Source: an uncultured Nitrososphaerota archaeon (GTDB taxonomy: Archaea; Thermoproteota; Methanomethylicia; Nezhaarchaeales; WYZ-LMO8). From it: a DNA stretch of 64,000 nt. A program made the translations under genes and the position numbers. Shown one piece after another: positions 38,283-47,436 of the stretch (positions are counted from its first letter, which is position 1; each line of letters starts with the position of its first letter). The notes under the pieces were generated by a model. That model was given only the letters and a program-made list of their open reading frames with translations, had not been told where the DNA came from and made no database searches. The DNA lies in assembly GCA_964586135.1 (NCBI GenBank), contig CAZPGS010000001.1, positions 18,761 through 82,760 of the forward strand. Reading direction: 5' to 3'.

Positions 38283-39169
38283 GTATTCAATAGGGACGTC
38301 CTCGTCAAAACGCTCTTCAGCTCAGGGCTTAAGGCCGAGGATTTATAGCTAGTCGTGCGTAGCTCTTCGTCGCTTATACGGAGGATTTTAAGTAAGGGCC
38401 TTGCTTCGCATGGTCGAGAGAAGTCGAGCTGCTCTACCTCCTTTATGAAGGGGGTAGAGAACAGGAGCTTAAGCCTCTCGTCGGAGGTCCCTCTACTTAG
38501 TGACAATATGTAAAGGTAAAACTCCCTAGCTCTATCGCCCATCCCTGCGATTTCTAGCGCGCAGACTATTTGATTCTCGCAGGCAAGACGCAAGAGGAAC
38601 TCTATGTTGAATTTGTTGCTTATGTTCTTCCCCAAGGCGAAGGCCTTAATCGTATGATAGAAGACAAAAAATACATGAAGCGGCGATAGAGCTAGTCCAG
38701 GTCGTGACGCTGCCCACACGACGTCGGTACCCTCAAAAGTTCTCTCAAGCAGTCGAATAACTTCTCGTGATGGCAACTCCTCTTTCAACCTTATGTGCAA
38801 TACCCTTAAATCCATTTCACCCCCTTTTTCACTCATCATAAGGGTTAGCAACTTTTTTGCTTTGTCCGCTGTGGCCGAGGTCGTAGACCCCCCGTGAACT
38901 GAAGGTATTAGCGTGATCTCGTTAATGTTGTCCGCTGAAGAATATAAGCCGCCCATTAAATTTACGTCAACGCCATCAACTAAGACTATTATGTCGCTCC
39001 TAATCTTTTCTCCGCTAGACTCAAAGACCCTCTTGAAGAGGATTTCATTGTCTTTACACGCTAAATAAATCACATCTCTTATACTTAGCCCTTGACGAAC
39101 CTCGACCTCGACAGAGCTCGTCTTAGCCAAACCCCTAAGAACGGCTAAGAAGTTCACTTTAACCTTCAC
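38279..39169 (-). CDS. MoaD/ThiS/Urm1-like ubiquitin-like domain fused to a KEOPS Cgi121-like domain
   Basis: GTG 39169 after GGAGG: MKVKVNFLAVLR...IIVLVDGVD...ITLIPSVHGG. It continues in frame into HVFFVFYHTIKAF..GKNISNKFNIEFLLRLACENQI..AL..AG (Cgi121-like). Confidence 0.8.
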   Translation of the reverse strand: MKVKVNFLAVLRGLAKTSSVEVEVRQGLSIRDVIYLACKDNEILFKRVFESSGEKIRSDIIVLVDGVDVNLMGGLYSSADNINEITLIPSVHGGSTTSATADKAKKLLTLMMSEKGGEMDLRVLHIRLKEELPSREVIRLLERTFEGTDVVWAASRPGLALSPLHVFFVFYHTIKAFALGKNISNKFNIEFLLRLACENQIVCALEIAGMGDRAREFYLYILSLSRGTSDERLKLLFSTPFIKEVEQLDFSRPCEARPLLKILRISDEELRTTSYKSSALSPELKSVLTRTSLLNT

Positions 39170-39187
39170 GCTAGCGAGCCTCCTATT

Positions 39188-39245
39188 GAGGTCGGTTGAG
39201 GTACATTTTTTCACCCCTCAGAGTAGGTCAGCCTCGTCATCCCTC
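39188..39245 (-). ncRNA. Box C/D methylation guide sRNA
   Basis: Minus strand reads GAGG-g-ATGACGA(C)-12 nt GGCTGACCTACT-CTGA(D')-GGG-GTGAAAA(C')-12 nt AATGTACCTCAA-CCGA(D)-CCTC. It has 12-nt guides and a 4-bp terminal stem. Confidence 0.8.
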
Positions 39246-39293
39246 GCTCCTAAGAGAGACGACAAATGTATTTAAACGTTAAAGAGAGGTTAT

Positions 39294-40502
39294 GTGCAGG
39301 AAGCTATGACGGCACTTACTGGCAACAGTAATCCTGTGTGGCTAAAAAAGGAGCTACTTAAGGCAGTCCAAGAAAGGTTGAAAGATGAGGAGCTTAAGGT
39401 GGCAAAGAACGATTGGCACTCGAGGCGAAAGCCTATAGGTTGCGGCCTGACGATACATCCGGGCATCGGCTGTCCAATGCAATGCAGTTACTGCTACATC
39501 TACGACATGGGCTTTAGTAAGCACGTCACCCCCTACTCTCTTAGCGGGCTTCAGCTCGTAACCGCCCTCCTCTTCAACAAGTACTTCTACCCAACTAGGT
39601 GGGGTACCTACTTAGCATTTGGTAGCGTAACAGAGCCCTTTCTTCCAAGCGTATTGCCAAAGACTCTTGAGTACCTAAAGGCTATAAGAGAGTACTTGGG
39701 CAATCCTTGCCAAGTCTCAACCAAAATGGTCATAAATGATGAAAGCATCGATGAACTTGCAAGAGCCAGTAACTCTAAGCTCTCGATCTTGGTTACGGTG
39801 ACGACTCTGAGCCAGTATGTGGACTTAGAAAGGAGAGCTCCACATCCCTTTAAGAGGTTAGAGCTCGTAGGTAGGCTCAGGAGCAAAGGGTTTAAGCCAT
39901 TCATTTTCATGAGGCCCCTATTGCCAGGTTTAAAAGTTGAAGAAATAGACGAGATCGTAGAGCAAGCGAAAGCTTCAGGAGCTTATGGCGTGGTCGTCGG
40001 AAACTTGAGGTTGTCATCAAGTATAATAAGAAGGTTGATGAGTGAGGGCGTTGATGTTGTCCGGTACTTAAAGGTCGACCCCGACAAGTTGCAAAGCACG
40101 TTTGTCAACGTGAGGGTTAACCACTTTGTGCAATCCCTCATTAAGGAGAGGGCTTTGAACAAAGGGCTCATATTCTTAAAGAGAGCATGTTGCGCCAACA
40201 CTGTTTCGCAACTACTTAGCGGATACAATGATGTCATATGCCCTTCTCTATGCTTTTTAAACGAAGACTCATGTGAAAAATCTTGTCCCTCTCGATGTAG
40301 GGCAAAAGCGAGAGGCGAGCCCAAGCATCTCAACTTCAACGAATTAATAAGAGAGGTTCTCGGATCTGACGACTACGAAATGGAAGTGGAGGACTACACG
40401 GTGTACATCAAGCTGAAGAAGCCTTTGAGGTATGAAGGGGTAGCGGGCTTCGCGCTATCGTACTTATTCCGTAGAAGAGTTCGCTTTGTGAGGCGTTTTT
40501 AG
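39294..40502 (+). CDS. Radical SAM protein (SPL/COG1533-like), function unknown
   Basis: GCPMQCSYC (CxxxCxxC), GSVTEPF, VSTK and RPLLPG motifs, plus extra C-terminal cysteines. Confidence 0.85.
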   Translation: MQEAMTALTGNSNPVWLKKELLKAVQERLKDEELKVAKNDWHSRRKPIGCGLTIHPGIGCPMQCSYCYIYDMGFSKHVTPYSLSGLQLVTALLFNKYFYPTRWGTYLAFGSVTEPFLPSVLPKTLEYLKAIREYLGNPCQVSTKMVINDESIDELARASNSKLSILVTVTTLSQYVDLERRAPHPFKRLELVGRLRSKGFKPFIFMRPLLPGLKVEEIDEIVEQAKASGAYGVVVGNLRLSSSIIRRLMSEGVDVVRYLKVDPDKLQSTFVNVRVNHFVQSLIKERALNKGLIFLKRACCANTVSQLLSGYNDVICPSLCFLNEDSCEKSCPSRCRAKARGEPKHLNFNELIREVLGSDDYEMEVEDYTVYIKLKKPLRYEGVAGFALSYLFRRRVRFVRRF

Positions 40503-40718
40503 GTCTTGGCTTTGTGCGACCGCTCCGGGGGCCTTGTACCGCTTAGCGAGCCTGGTCAAATATCCGCTCACTCTGTTCAGCAAGTGCTTGGCCCTGATCG
40601 TGGATACTTCCAAGACCAGTTTTTTGTTCTGCCTGTAATCCAGGCTCACTTTGTCGTAGTACTGTTGGAATATCTGACGAGCTAGCCTTTTAACGGATGC
40701 AGGCCTAACCTTGCCCAT
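40464..40718 (-). CDS. rps17e: 30S ribosomal protein S17e
   Basis: MGKVRPASVKRLAR...NKKLV...NRVSGYLTR. Confidence 0.95.
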   Translation of the reverse strand: MGKVRPASVKRLARQIFQQYYDKVSLDYRQNKKLVLEVSTIRAKHLLNRVSGYLTRLAKRYKAPGAVAQSQDLKTPHKANSSTE

Positions 40719-40791
40719 GTCTCTTCAACCTGTCTTTGTCTTCTTCTGCTCTAACAAGGTTTAGTTTTTAAATTTTCTCGATTGGGGGCTT

Positions 40792-40829
40792 TCAGGGGGT
40801 AGCTGGTAGCTTAATACCTCAGGGGGTAG
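40792..40829 (+). repeat. 11-bp direct repeat TCAGGGGGTAG x2 upstream of the histone gene
   Basis: Copies at 40792-40802 and 40819-40829. Confidence 0.7.
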
Positions 40830-40852
40830 TAGTACTAGGTGGTGGCGATAGT

Positions 40853-41089
40853 ATGGCTGAGCTACCGTTAGCCCCTATAGACAGGATAATCAGGAGAGCC
40901 GGTGCTGAGCGCGTCGGAGACGATGCCGTCAAAGCCTTGTGCAAGATTCTCGAGGACGTCGCCCTTGACATCGCACGAGAGGCCGTAGAACTGGCTCGCC
41001 ATGCGGGTAGGAAGACCGTTACTGCCGAAGACATAAATCTAGCAGTAAAACACGTACTTCGCTGGCTCAGTGCAAGCCTATACAAGTGA
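40853..41089 (+). CDS. Archaeal histone (HMf-like)
   Basis: [19 protein letters not shown]...[15 protein letters not shown]. Confidence 0.95.
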   Translation: MAELPLAPIDRIIRRAGAERVGDDAVKALCKILEDVALDIAREAVELARHAGRKTVTAEDINLAVKHVLRWLSASLYK

Positions 41090-41189
41090 AATTCGAAATA
41101 ATTAATCCTCTTCCATTAGAAAAGATTATATAGAAGCCTTTTCTCATAACTGTCCGAAAAAGTATAGGCTAATGTTAGGTGATGATGCC

Positions 41190-42845
41190 ATGGCCGCTGT
41201 TAGCGGAATTCCCGTCCTAATATTGAAAGAGGGCGCAACAAGGACTCATGGTAGAGAAGCTCAAAGGGCTAACATAGCCGCTGCAAGAGCAGTAGCCGAG
41301 ACGCTAAAGACGACCTTGGGTCCACGAGGCATGGACAAAATGCTTGTGGACAGCCTAGGAGACGTCACCATAACAAATGATGGCGCGACGATACTCGACG
41401 AAATGGATGTTCAGCACGCCGCGGCCAAGATGCTCGTGGAGATAGCCAAGGCCCAAGACGAGGAAGTCGGCGACGGAACAACTACCGTTGTAGTCTTGGC
41501 GGGCGAGTTACTGAAGAAAGCAGAAGAGCTCATGGTCAAGAACATCCACCCGACTGTCATAATAGACGGCTACGGCAAAGCGCTTGAGTTCTGCCAAAAA
41601 GAGCTTGAGAAGCTAAGCTTGCCCGTCGGCCTCCAAAATGAAGACCTCTTGAAATTGATAGCCCAGACGTCGATGCACGCTAAGGTGGTGAGCGCCGCGA
41701 GGGATTACTTGGCGGAGCTGGCCGTCAAGGCCGTTAAGCAGATAATTGAGGAGAGGGACGGCAAGCTTGTTGCTGACGTCGACCAGGTGCAATTAATTAA
41801 GAAACAAGGCGGCAGCGTCATGGACACTAAGCTGGTTCAAGGAATTATAGTAGACAAGGAGGTCGTTCACACTGGCATGCCAAAGCGCATAGAGAACGCG
41901 AAGATCGCGCTCCTTGATTGTCCATTAGAGGTGGAGAAGACCGAGATCGATGCAGAAATAAGGATAAGCGACCCCGCTCAAATGAAGGCCTTCATAGAGG
42001 AAGAGGAGAAGATGTTAAAGGGGATGGTAGAGAAGATTAGGAGCATCGGCGCAAACGTCGTGTTTTGCCAGAAGGGCATTGATGACGTAGCTCAGCACTA
42101 CCTAGCCAAAGCCGGAATTTTAGCAGCTCGAAGAGTGAAGAAGTCAGACATGGAAAAACTAGCTCGAGCCACTGGCGCTAGGATCGTCACCAACATCGAG
42201 GACTTAACGCCAAACGACCTAGGATATGCCGAGCTCGTCGAAGAGAGGAAGATAGCCGACGAGAAGTTAATATTCGTTGAGAACTGCAAGAACCCGAGGT
42301 CCGTGGCCATACTGATAAGGGGAGGGCTGGAGAAGTTTGTAGAAGAGGCCGAGAGAGCGCTAAAGGACGCTCTGAGCTCAGTCGCTAGGGCAATCGAATG
42401 GGGGCGCTACGTACCCGGCGGCGGAGCCATCGAGGTAGAGCTGGCTAAGAGGTTGCGCGAGTACGCGGCTAAGGTGGGAGGAAAAGAGCAACTAGCAATA
42501 GAGGCCTTTGCCAGCGCTCTAGAGGCGATACCGAGAACGCTAGCGGAGAACGGAGGGCACGATCCGATAGACGTGATGATGGCCTTACGCGCAGAGCATG
42601 AAAAGGAAGGCAACTACTACGTGGGTGTGGACGTTTACACAGGAAAACCCGTCGACATGCTTAAGATGGGCGTCATAGAGCCTCTAGCAGTTAAGGCGAC
42701 TGCTCTGAAGGCTGCTACCGAAGCAGCTGCCATGATATTGCGCATAGACGATGTAATAGCAGCTGCTAGGAGCGAGGCAACGAAGGAGAAAGGAGGAGTA
42801 GGGACTAAAGAGAAGGAGGAGGGCGAAGAGAAGGAGAAAGACTAA
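41190..42845 (+). CDS. ths: Thermosome subunit (group II chaperonin)
   Basis: [28 protein letters not shown] and ILRIDD motifs. ATG 41190 follows GGTGA. Confidence 0.97.
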   Translation: MAAVSGIPVLILKEGATRTHGREAQRANIAAARAVAETLKTTLGPRGMDKMLVDSLGDVTITNDGATILDEMDVQHAAAKMLVEIAKAQDEEVGDGTTTVVVLAGELLKKAEELMVKNIHPTVIIDGYGKALEFCQKELEKLSLPVGLQNEDLLKLIAQTSMHAKVVSAARDYLAELAVKAVKQIIEERDGKLVADVDQVQLIKKQGGSVMDTKLVQGIIVDKEVVHTGMPKRIENAKIALLDCPLEVEKTEIDAEIRISDPAQMKAFIEEEEKMLKGMVEKIRSIGANVVFCQKGIDDVAQHYLAKAGILAARRVKKSDMEKLARATGARIVTNIEDLTPNDLGYAELVEERKIADEKLIFVENCKNPRSVAILIRGGLEKFVEEAERALKDALSSVARAIEWGRYVPGGGAIEVELAKRLREYAAKVGGKEQLAIEAFASALEAIPRTLAENGGHDPIDVMMALRAEHEKEGNYYVGVDVYTGKPVDMLKMGVIEPLAVKATALKAATEAAAMILRIDDVIAAARSEATKEKGGVGTKEKEEGEEKEKD

Positions 42846-42884
42846 AACGCCGCTTTCTTTTTAAACAAATAGCCGTGAAAGAAC

Positions 42885-43499
42885 TTGAGGTTGTTAATAA
42901 CTGGGACGCCTTCTACTGGCAAGACGACTATAGCAAAGAGGTTGGCCGAGGTCCTAAATTATCGGCACGTCGAGGTTGCAAAGGTAGTAGTCGAGGAGAA
43001 ATTGTATAAAGGTTTGGACAAAGCGAGGGGTAGCCTCATTGTAGATGTTAAGAGAGCTAGAAAATTTTTTGCGGCATATTTCGTAAAGCACCGCGATGTC
43101 ATCCTCGACAGCCACGTTGTTGAGATATTTCCAAGAAATTTCATAGATAAGGTGCTAGTTCTAAGAGCGCATCCTCTCCTCATCTTAAAGAGAGGAGTCG
43201 AAAGAGGGTGGCCCTTGGAAAAATGCTTGGAAAATGCGCAAGCAGAGCTATTAGGGGTATGTCTTTTTGATGCCTTACGATTTTATGGGAGAAAGAAGGT
43301 CTGGCAAATCGACTGCACGTGTCGCTCGGTAGAGGAGGCTGTCTCAGAGATCCTAGACATACTCCGAAATAGGAGGAGAAGGAATATAGATTGGCTTACA
43401 GAACTTGAGAAGGAGAGGAGGCTCGACTTATTACTGGAGCTGGAAAAAGCTCGTGATCTTCCTGTAGATCTCTTCAAACTTCTGAGCGATTGTAGATAG
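42885..43499 (+). CDS. AK6/Fap7-type adenylate kinase
   Basis: ITGTPSTGKTT, ILDSH, LRAHP, RGW..EK..EN..AE and IDW motifs. Confidence 0.88.
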   Translation: MRLLITGTPSTGKTTIAKRLAEVLNYRHVEVAKVVVEEKLYKGLDKARGSLIVDVKRARKFFAAYFVKHRDVILDSHVVEIFPRNFIDKVLVLRAHPLLILKRGVERGWPLEKCLENAQAELLGVCLFDALRFYGRKKVWQIDCTCRSVEEAVSEILDILRNRRRRNIDWLTELEKERRLDLLLELEKARDLPVDLFKLLSDCR

Positions 43500-43676
43500 G
43501 AAGTCTCCTGTGGCTTTGCCCGCGCTATTCAAGGTCGTGCTGACCCCTCCTAAAAGTCCTATGACCATAGATAAAATTATCGAGAGAAGCACAACTGAGA
43601 TGCCTATAAGCATGCCCTCCTCTAAGAGCAATGACCCTCTAACGCTTTTCCTGCAATTTTTATACACGCTTCTCAC
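43431..43676 (-). CDS. Small type IV pilin-like protein with class III signal peptide
   Basis: Basic leader ending RG, then SLLLE (Glu at +5) and a hydrophobic helix; last gene of the ATPase/TadC-like cluster. Confidence 0.6.
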   Translation of the reverse strand: MRSVYKNCRKSVRGSLLLEEGMLIGISVVLLSIILSMVIGLLGGVSTTLNSAGKATGDFLSTIAQKFEEIYRKITSFFQLQ

Positions 43677-43700
43677 GACCTCTTCTAAGACAAAGGGCTC

Positions 43701-44519
43701 TTAAACATATCCATAGGGTGGTAAGAATATTATCACGGCTAGAATTATGAAGCAAATGGCCAAGTCTTTGAATGAGGGATAACGAAGTTGAATTATGCAG
43801 GTGAAAACTGTGAAGATCGTTATAGACAATGAAGCAAATGATATAAAGACGAGAGCGCTGGGGATGGGGTTCACGAACGAAAACTTTGCAAACGCGAAGA
43901 ACGTCTTCATAACAAGGCCCAAGGTCATGGACGAGGCCATTTGCAACACCCTATACTTTAACTTCTCCACGACTATGAACTCTCTGAGCTTTTTAGCGTT
44001 AAGATGAAGTGAAAAACTCAAGTCATGCAGTGAGGTTACGAGGTTCCTCAAAGAGGCTTCGTCTACGAGGTTAAGCTTTTCTAGTAGCGAAAAAGCCAGC
44101 CTCGTTAGAGGAGACGAAATCTTCGTAGCACTTGAAGGATTTGTCCTCTTGGCCCCTGAGGTCCTCCTGTAAAGCAGGTCCCTTACAATCCCCTTCGTCT
44201 TCAGTTGGGCTTCGGATTCCTTGTGGGACATTTTATATGTCTCTTTTAGTAGAGAGAGCAAATTCCTTTGACGGCCTAAGGACTCTATAGACTTCGTAGT
44301 GAATGAATAGAAGGCTTCGTAGTCAGTAAAGCAATTATTTAGTTCTGTTACCACTTCGATGCAATCCTTTATGACCGTATATACGAAGAAGGCCACAGTA
44401 AGAGAACAAGAGGAAGAGAGGAGGAAGTTTGAGGTCATCGAGAAGAAGAATAAGAAGGAGTTCGAAGCAAAGACAAGCGCTAAGAAGACGGCTTTGATGA
44501 TTAAAGCCACAACGATCAC
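43701..44519 (-). CDS. Membrane protein, divergent TadC/ArlJ-like platform protein
   Basis: N- and C-terminal TM helices flank a soluble domain; downstream of the secretion ATPase. The call is mainly from context. Confidence 0.45.
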   Translation of the reverse strand: MIVVALIIKAVFLALVFASNSFLFFFSMTSNFLLSSSCSLTVAFFVYTVIKDCIEVVTELNNCFTDYEAFYSFTTKSIESLGRQRNLLSLLKETYKMSHKESEAQLKTKGIVRDLLYRRTSGAKRTNPSSATKISSPLTRLAFSLLEKLNLVDEASLRNLVTSLHDLSFSLHLNAKKLREFIVVEKLKYRVLQMASSMTLGLVMKTFFAFAKFSFVNPIPSALVFISFASLSITIFTVFTCIIQLRYPSFKDLAICFIILAVIIFLPPYGYV

Positions 44520-45170
44520 CTAAATGAGGATTGAGGCGTAACGCTTTAAGACCACGATTATCAGTTGCAGGGTGATACCGTAAAATAGCGATGCTATGAT
44601 TGGTAGTAGTGCGAGAACTCCTTCTTGGTGAAAAAGCGCTGAAATGATTATCACTACAGGGGCCATAGTGATGCTAGTAAGCACTATTGTGACGATGTTT
44701 CTAACGTTGGACGTGAACAATCTCTTTCTCAGGTCTTTTACGAGCTCTTGAAACAGAAGCTCATTGATCTTCTGCTCATTTCGAGTATATAGGTCGGAAA
44801 GACTCAGATTGAGGAAGGGGGTGTTAAAAGACATGGTCTCTGCGCTACGCCCCAAAGAGAGGTTCTGAGCAAGCAATTTCAGTTGCGAGGACAGTATTTG
44901 ACGCGAGCTCTCAAGCCTCGCTAAGGCTATAAATGACGACAAATTGTTGCGATATATGTGACGCATTATCGACAGCATCTTAAGCAACAGAGGATTAGGC
45001 TCTGCCACAAAGCCGCGTCTCTTTAAGCCCTTTAGCTGATGACTAAAAATCAAGCTAAAAAACACTATTAAGAGCAACGATAACATGACAGTGTGCTCAG
45101 GTAACATATGCACCCTCCTTTGCGAGTCTTTGAATAAGGTCGTCAAACGCTTTGGTGAAGCGCTCGACAT
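44520..45170 (-). CDS. Membrane protein, divergent TadB/TadC-like
   Basis: TM helix, soluble region (LAQNLSLGRS), then two TM helices; directly after the ATPase. The call is mainly from context. Confidence 0.45.
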   Translation of the reverse strand: MSSASPKRLTTLFKDSQRRVHMLPEHTVMLSLLLIVFFSLIFSHQLKGLKRRGFVAEPNPLLLKMLSIMRHIYRNNLSSFIALARLESSRQILSSQLKLLAQNLSLGRSAETMSFNTPFLNLSLSDLYTRNEQKINELLFQELVKDLRKRLFTSNVRNIVTIVLTSITMAPVVIIISALFHQEGVLALLPIIASLFYGITLQLIIVVLKRYASILI

Positions 45171-47241
45171 CGGGTGGAGGGCTTAATGCTAATGAGTTTA
45201 ATAGCACCTTTAGCTCTTCGTATTCTTTCTCTAGCATAGCGCGGCTATTTCCTAGCTCTAATAGCTTGAGTATCGAAAGCGACTTAAAAACGTCGTCTAA
45301 GACGATATCGTGTAAGTCTCTTTCCGGGTCCCACTTATATATCAAACTTAGAGGGACGTCGAATAGATCGATGGAAGCCGACTTTGGCGAGCCGACGGCC
45401 CACACCTCCGCAACTCGCCTTAGAATTCTAGAGCCTTGATAGCACTTCACCATGTGGACTATCAAGTCTATGCCGCTCAAATCCTCCTTAGAGATGCCAC
45501 AATGTAATACTAGGCGTCTTATTAGACCAAAGACTGACGAGGCATGACATGTGTGTATCCCTCGAAGACCTGCCGCAATGGCATGGAATAGAGCTTTAAA
45601 GTGTTCCCTCGACTGTAACTCTCCTAGGCAGATCCAGTCTGGAGTCCTATGTAAGAGTTTAATTATCTCCACGGATTTTTTCCGGGTTTTCTCTTCCACT
45701 TCAAAGGGCTCCACATAAAGTCTAAGTTGGTGGCGACCTTGACCTCTTTGGTCCAGGCTCTCGATAATGTCTTCTATGTAGACTTTACGCCAGTTCTTAG
45801 GAGTACATAAATCAAGAGCATTCATTAACGTGGTTTTCCCTGTTCCGGGCTCGCCACATATTATGATGTTCCTTCTATTTATGACGTGTAGAATCAAGAA
45901 GGCCGCTTCCTCTCGTGAGAGCACATTGTTGAGAAAAAGGTCTACTATCGTGTACACTCTGTGCCTCATCTTTCGAAGGTCAAGAGAGGGACCTTCATGA
46001 GAAAGAGGGGGTATGTCTATTGACGCTCTGACGATAAAATCGCCCATTTTCATGTTCCACTTCAAGGATGGATTTAAGTAATTTAGCGGTAGCCTGCTTT
46101 CAAGTAATACATGATTTATAAAGCGCTCTACATCTCTGTCACGTAAAGCCACATTACTTACACATCTTCCAAATTCCTCGTGGTCTACGTATACTCTTGT
46201 CCCAGGCCTGTCAAGATAGATCTCATCAACATGCTTATCCAATAAGAAGGGCATTAACTTGTGCACCCCCAAAGCTTTGTACGCCGAGAAGCATGCAACT
46301 TTCTTGGCTAAGCGGTCATCTCCAGGGGCTAAGTTCTTGCTTTTTATGATGTCCTCGAAAGTATCCTTTAAAAAGCATATTTTATCCCATAGAGAGTCCT
46401 GTTTTATCATCTCGTCGAAGACCTTCTCGTCAATGCTTTCAATCAACACATAGGATAGGTACTTTAATGCGAGGGGCAAATTTTGTGACACATAATAGAA
46501 ATAATCAGACGACTCTGAGCAGCGTATCTCCACATTGAATATGTCAAACTCGTAAGTTTTGATTTGTAATTTTTTGAAATGAGAATCAGAGAAAACCGAT
46601 TTCTTGACTTTCTGTGGGCGAAATACATCCTTATAAATTTCATTTCCAAGGACTCCTTGACCCTTCTCTATAAGTAGCGAGATCAATTGCGACCCTTCAA
46701 TCTCTTTTAGAGAAAGCGCCAAGAGGGATTTAAGGCCCTCAACGCACCTCTTGTCTCTACACCGCGCTTTATTGGCCTCTAGAAAAGCTAGACGCAGGGA
46801 GTTGTAGAAGGCAAGAGGGTCAATATAGGCAACGCCTAAATCTTTGAAGAAGGATAGGTTATCCTTACAATCGGCGACGCTCCTATATAACACACAGGAC
46901 TGAGAGCATTGGTGTTGCAAGGACCGAGAATTGCTGACGCAATATTTTGCCCAAACCCTCATGAAGGCTTTTCTAAGCTTGGAAAGCCTAAAAGAGTAGT
47001 CCCTCAACAACTCTACGGTTGAGGGGCTGTATTCTAAGAGGGAGTCCCCTTCTTGTACCAAAAGGGAAATCCCCTTCACACTCTCGCTTAATAGCGATAA
47101 CCTTAAGAGTAACTTGCCCCTGCATACTTCATTGTTTACCATATCGGGTTTGTCCTGACGACATTTCACAGCAATCATCGTCCTTCCATCTCTAAACAAT
47201 ATTTTGATGCAGTTTTCGCTGAGGCAATGGGGTATCATCAT
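45097..47241 (-). CDS. Type II/IV secretion (VirB11/CpaF/ArlI-like) ATPase with a long Cys-rich N-terminus
   Basis: PFLLDKHVDEI, IPPLS..GPSLDLRK, GEPGTGKTT (Walker A), IED, HRTPDWICLGE (Walker B) and THxH-like HTCHA. Confidence 0.85.
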   Translation of the reverse strand: MMIPHCLSENCIKILFRDGRTMIAVKCRQDKPDMVNNEVCRGKLLLRLSLLSESVKGISLLVQEGDSLLEYSPSTVELLRDYSFRLSKLRKAFMRVWAKYCVSNSRSLQHQCSQSCVLYRSVADCKDNLSFFKDLGVAYIDPLAFYNSLRLAFLEANKARCRDKRCVEGLKSLLALSLKEIEGSQLISLLIEKGQGVLGNEIYKDVFRPQKVKKSVFSDSHFKKLQIKTYEFDIFNVEIRCSESSDYFYYVSQNLPLALKYLSYVLIESIDEKVFDEMIKQDSLWDKICFLKDTFEDIIKSKNLAPGDDRLAKKVACFSAYKALGVHKLMPFLLDKHVDEIYLDRPGTRVYVDHEEFGRCVSNVALRDRDVERFINHVLLESRLPLNYLNPSLKWNMKMGDFIVRASIDIPPLSHEGPSLDLRKMRHRVYTIVDLFLNNVLSREEAAFLILHVINRRNIIICGEPGTGKTTLMNALDLCTPKNWRKVYIEDIIESLDQRGQGRHQLRLYVEPFEVEEKTRKKSVEIIKLLHRTPDWICLGELQSREHFKALFHAIAAGLRGIHTCHASSVFGLIRRLVLHCGISKEDLSGIDLIVHMVKCYQGSRILRRVAEVWAVGSPKSASIDLFDVPLSLIYKWDPERDLHDIVLDDVFKSLSILKLLELGNSRAMLEKEYEELKVLLNSLALSPPPDVERFTKAFDDLIQRLAKEGAYVT

Positions 47242-47436
47242 TGTATTGATTTTGACTTAAGTATTTTATAGACCAACATCGCTAGGTAACGAGAACACGC
47301 AATAGCATGAGGCTATGCACATCTGGTTTCTGGTTTTAGGTTTTAGCGGACCCGAAAGGTTTTAGTCTATGCTTGAGGGACTATCCTTAAGTTCGACTTC
47401 GCACTTCGATATGCGGTAAAAAAGAGGGTACGTTAC

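Noticed and set aside
47322..47366. Short GGTTTTAG repeats upstream of the PAC2 gene, and ACTTAAACATA x2 near 63803-63823
   Set aside because: Short low-complexity repeats with no supporting structure.
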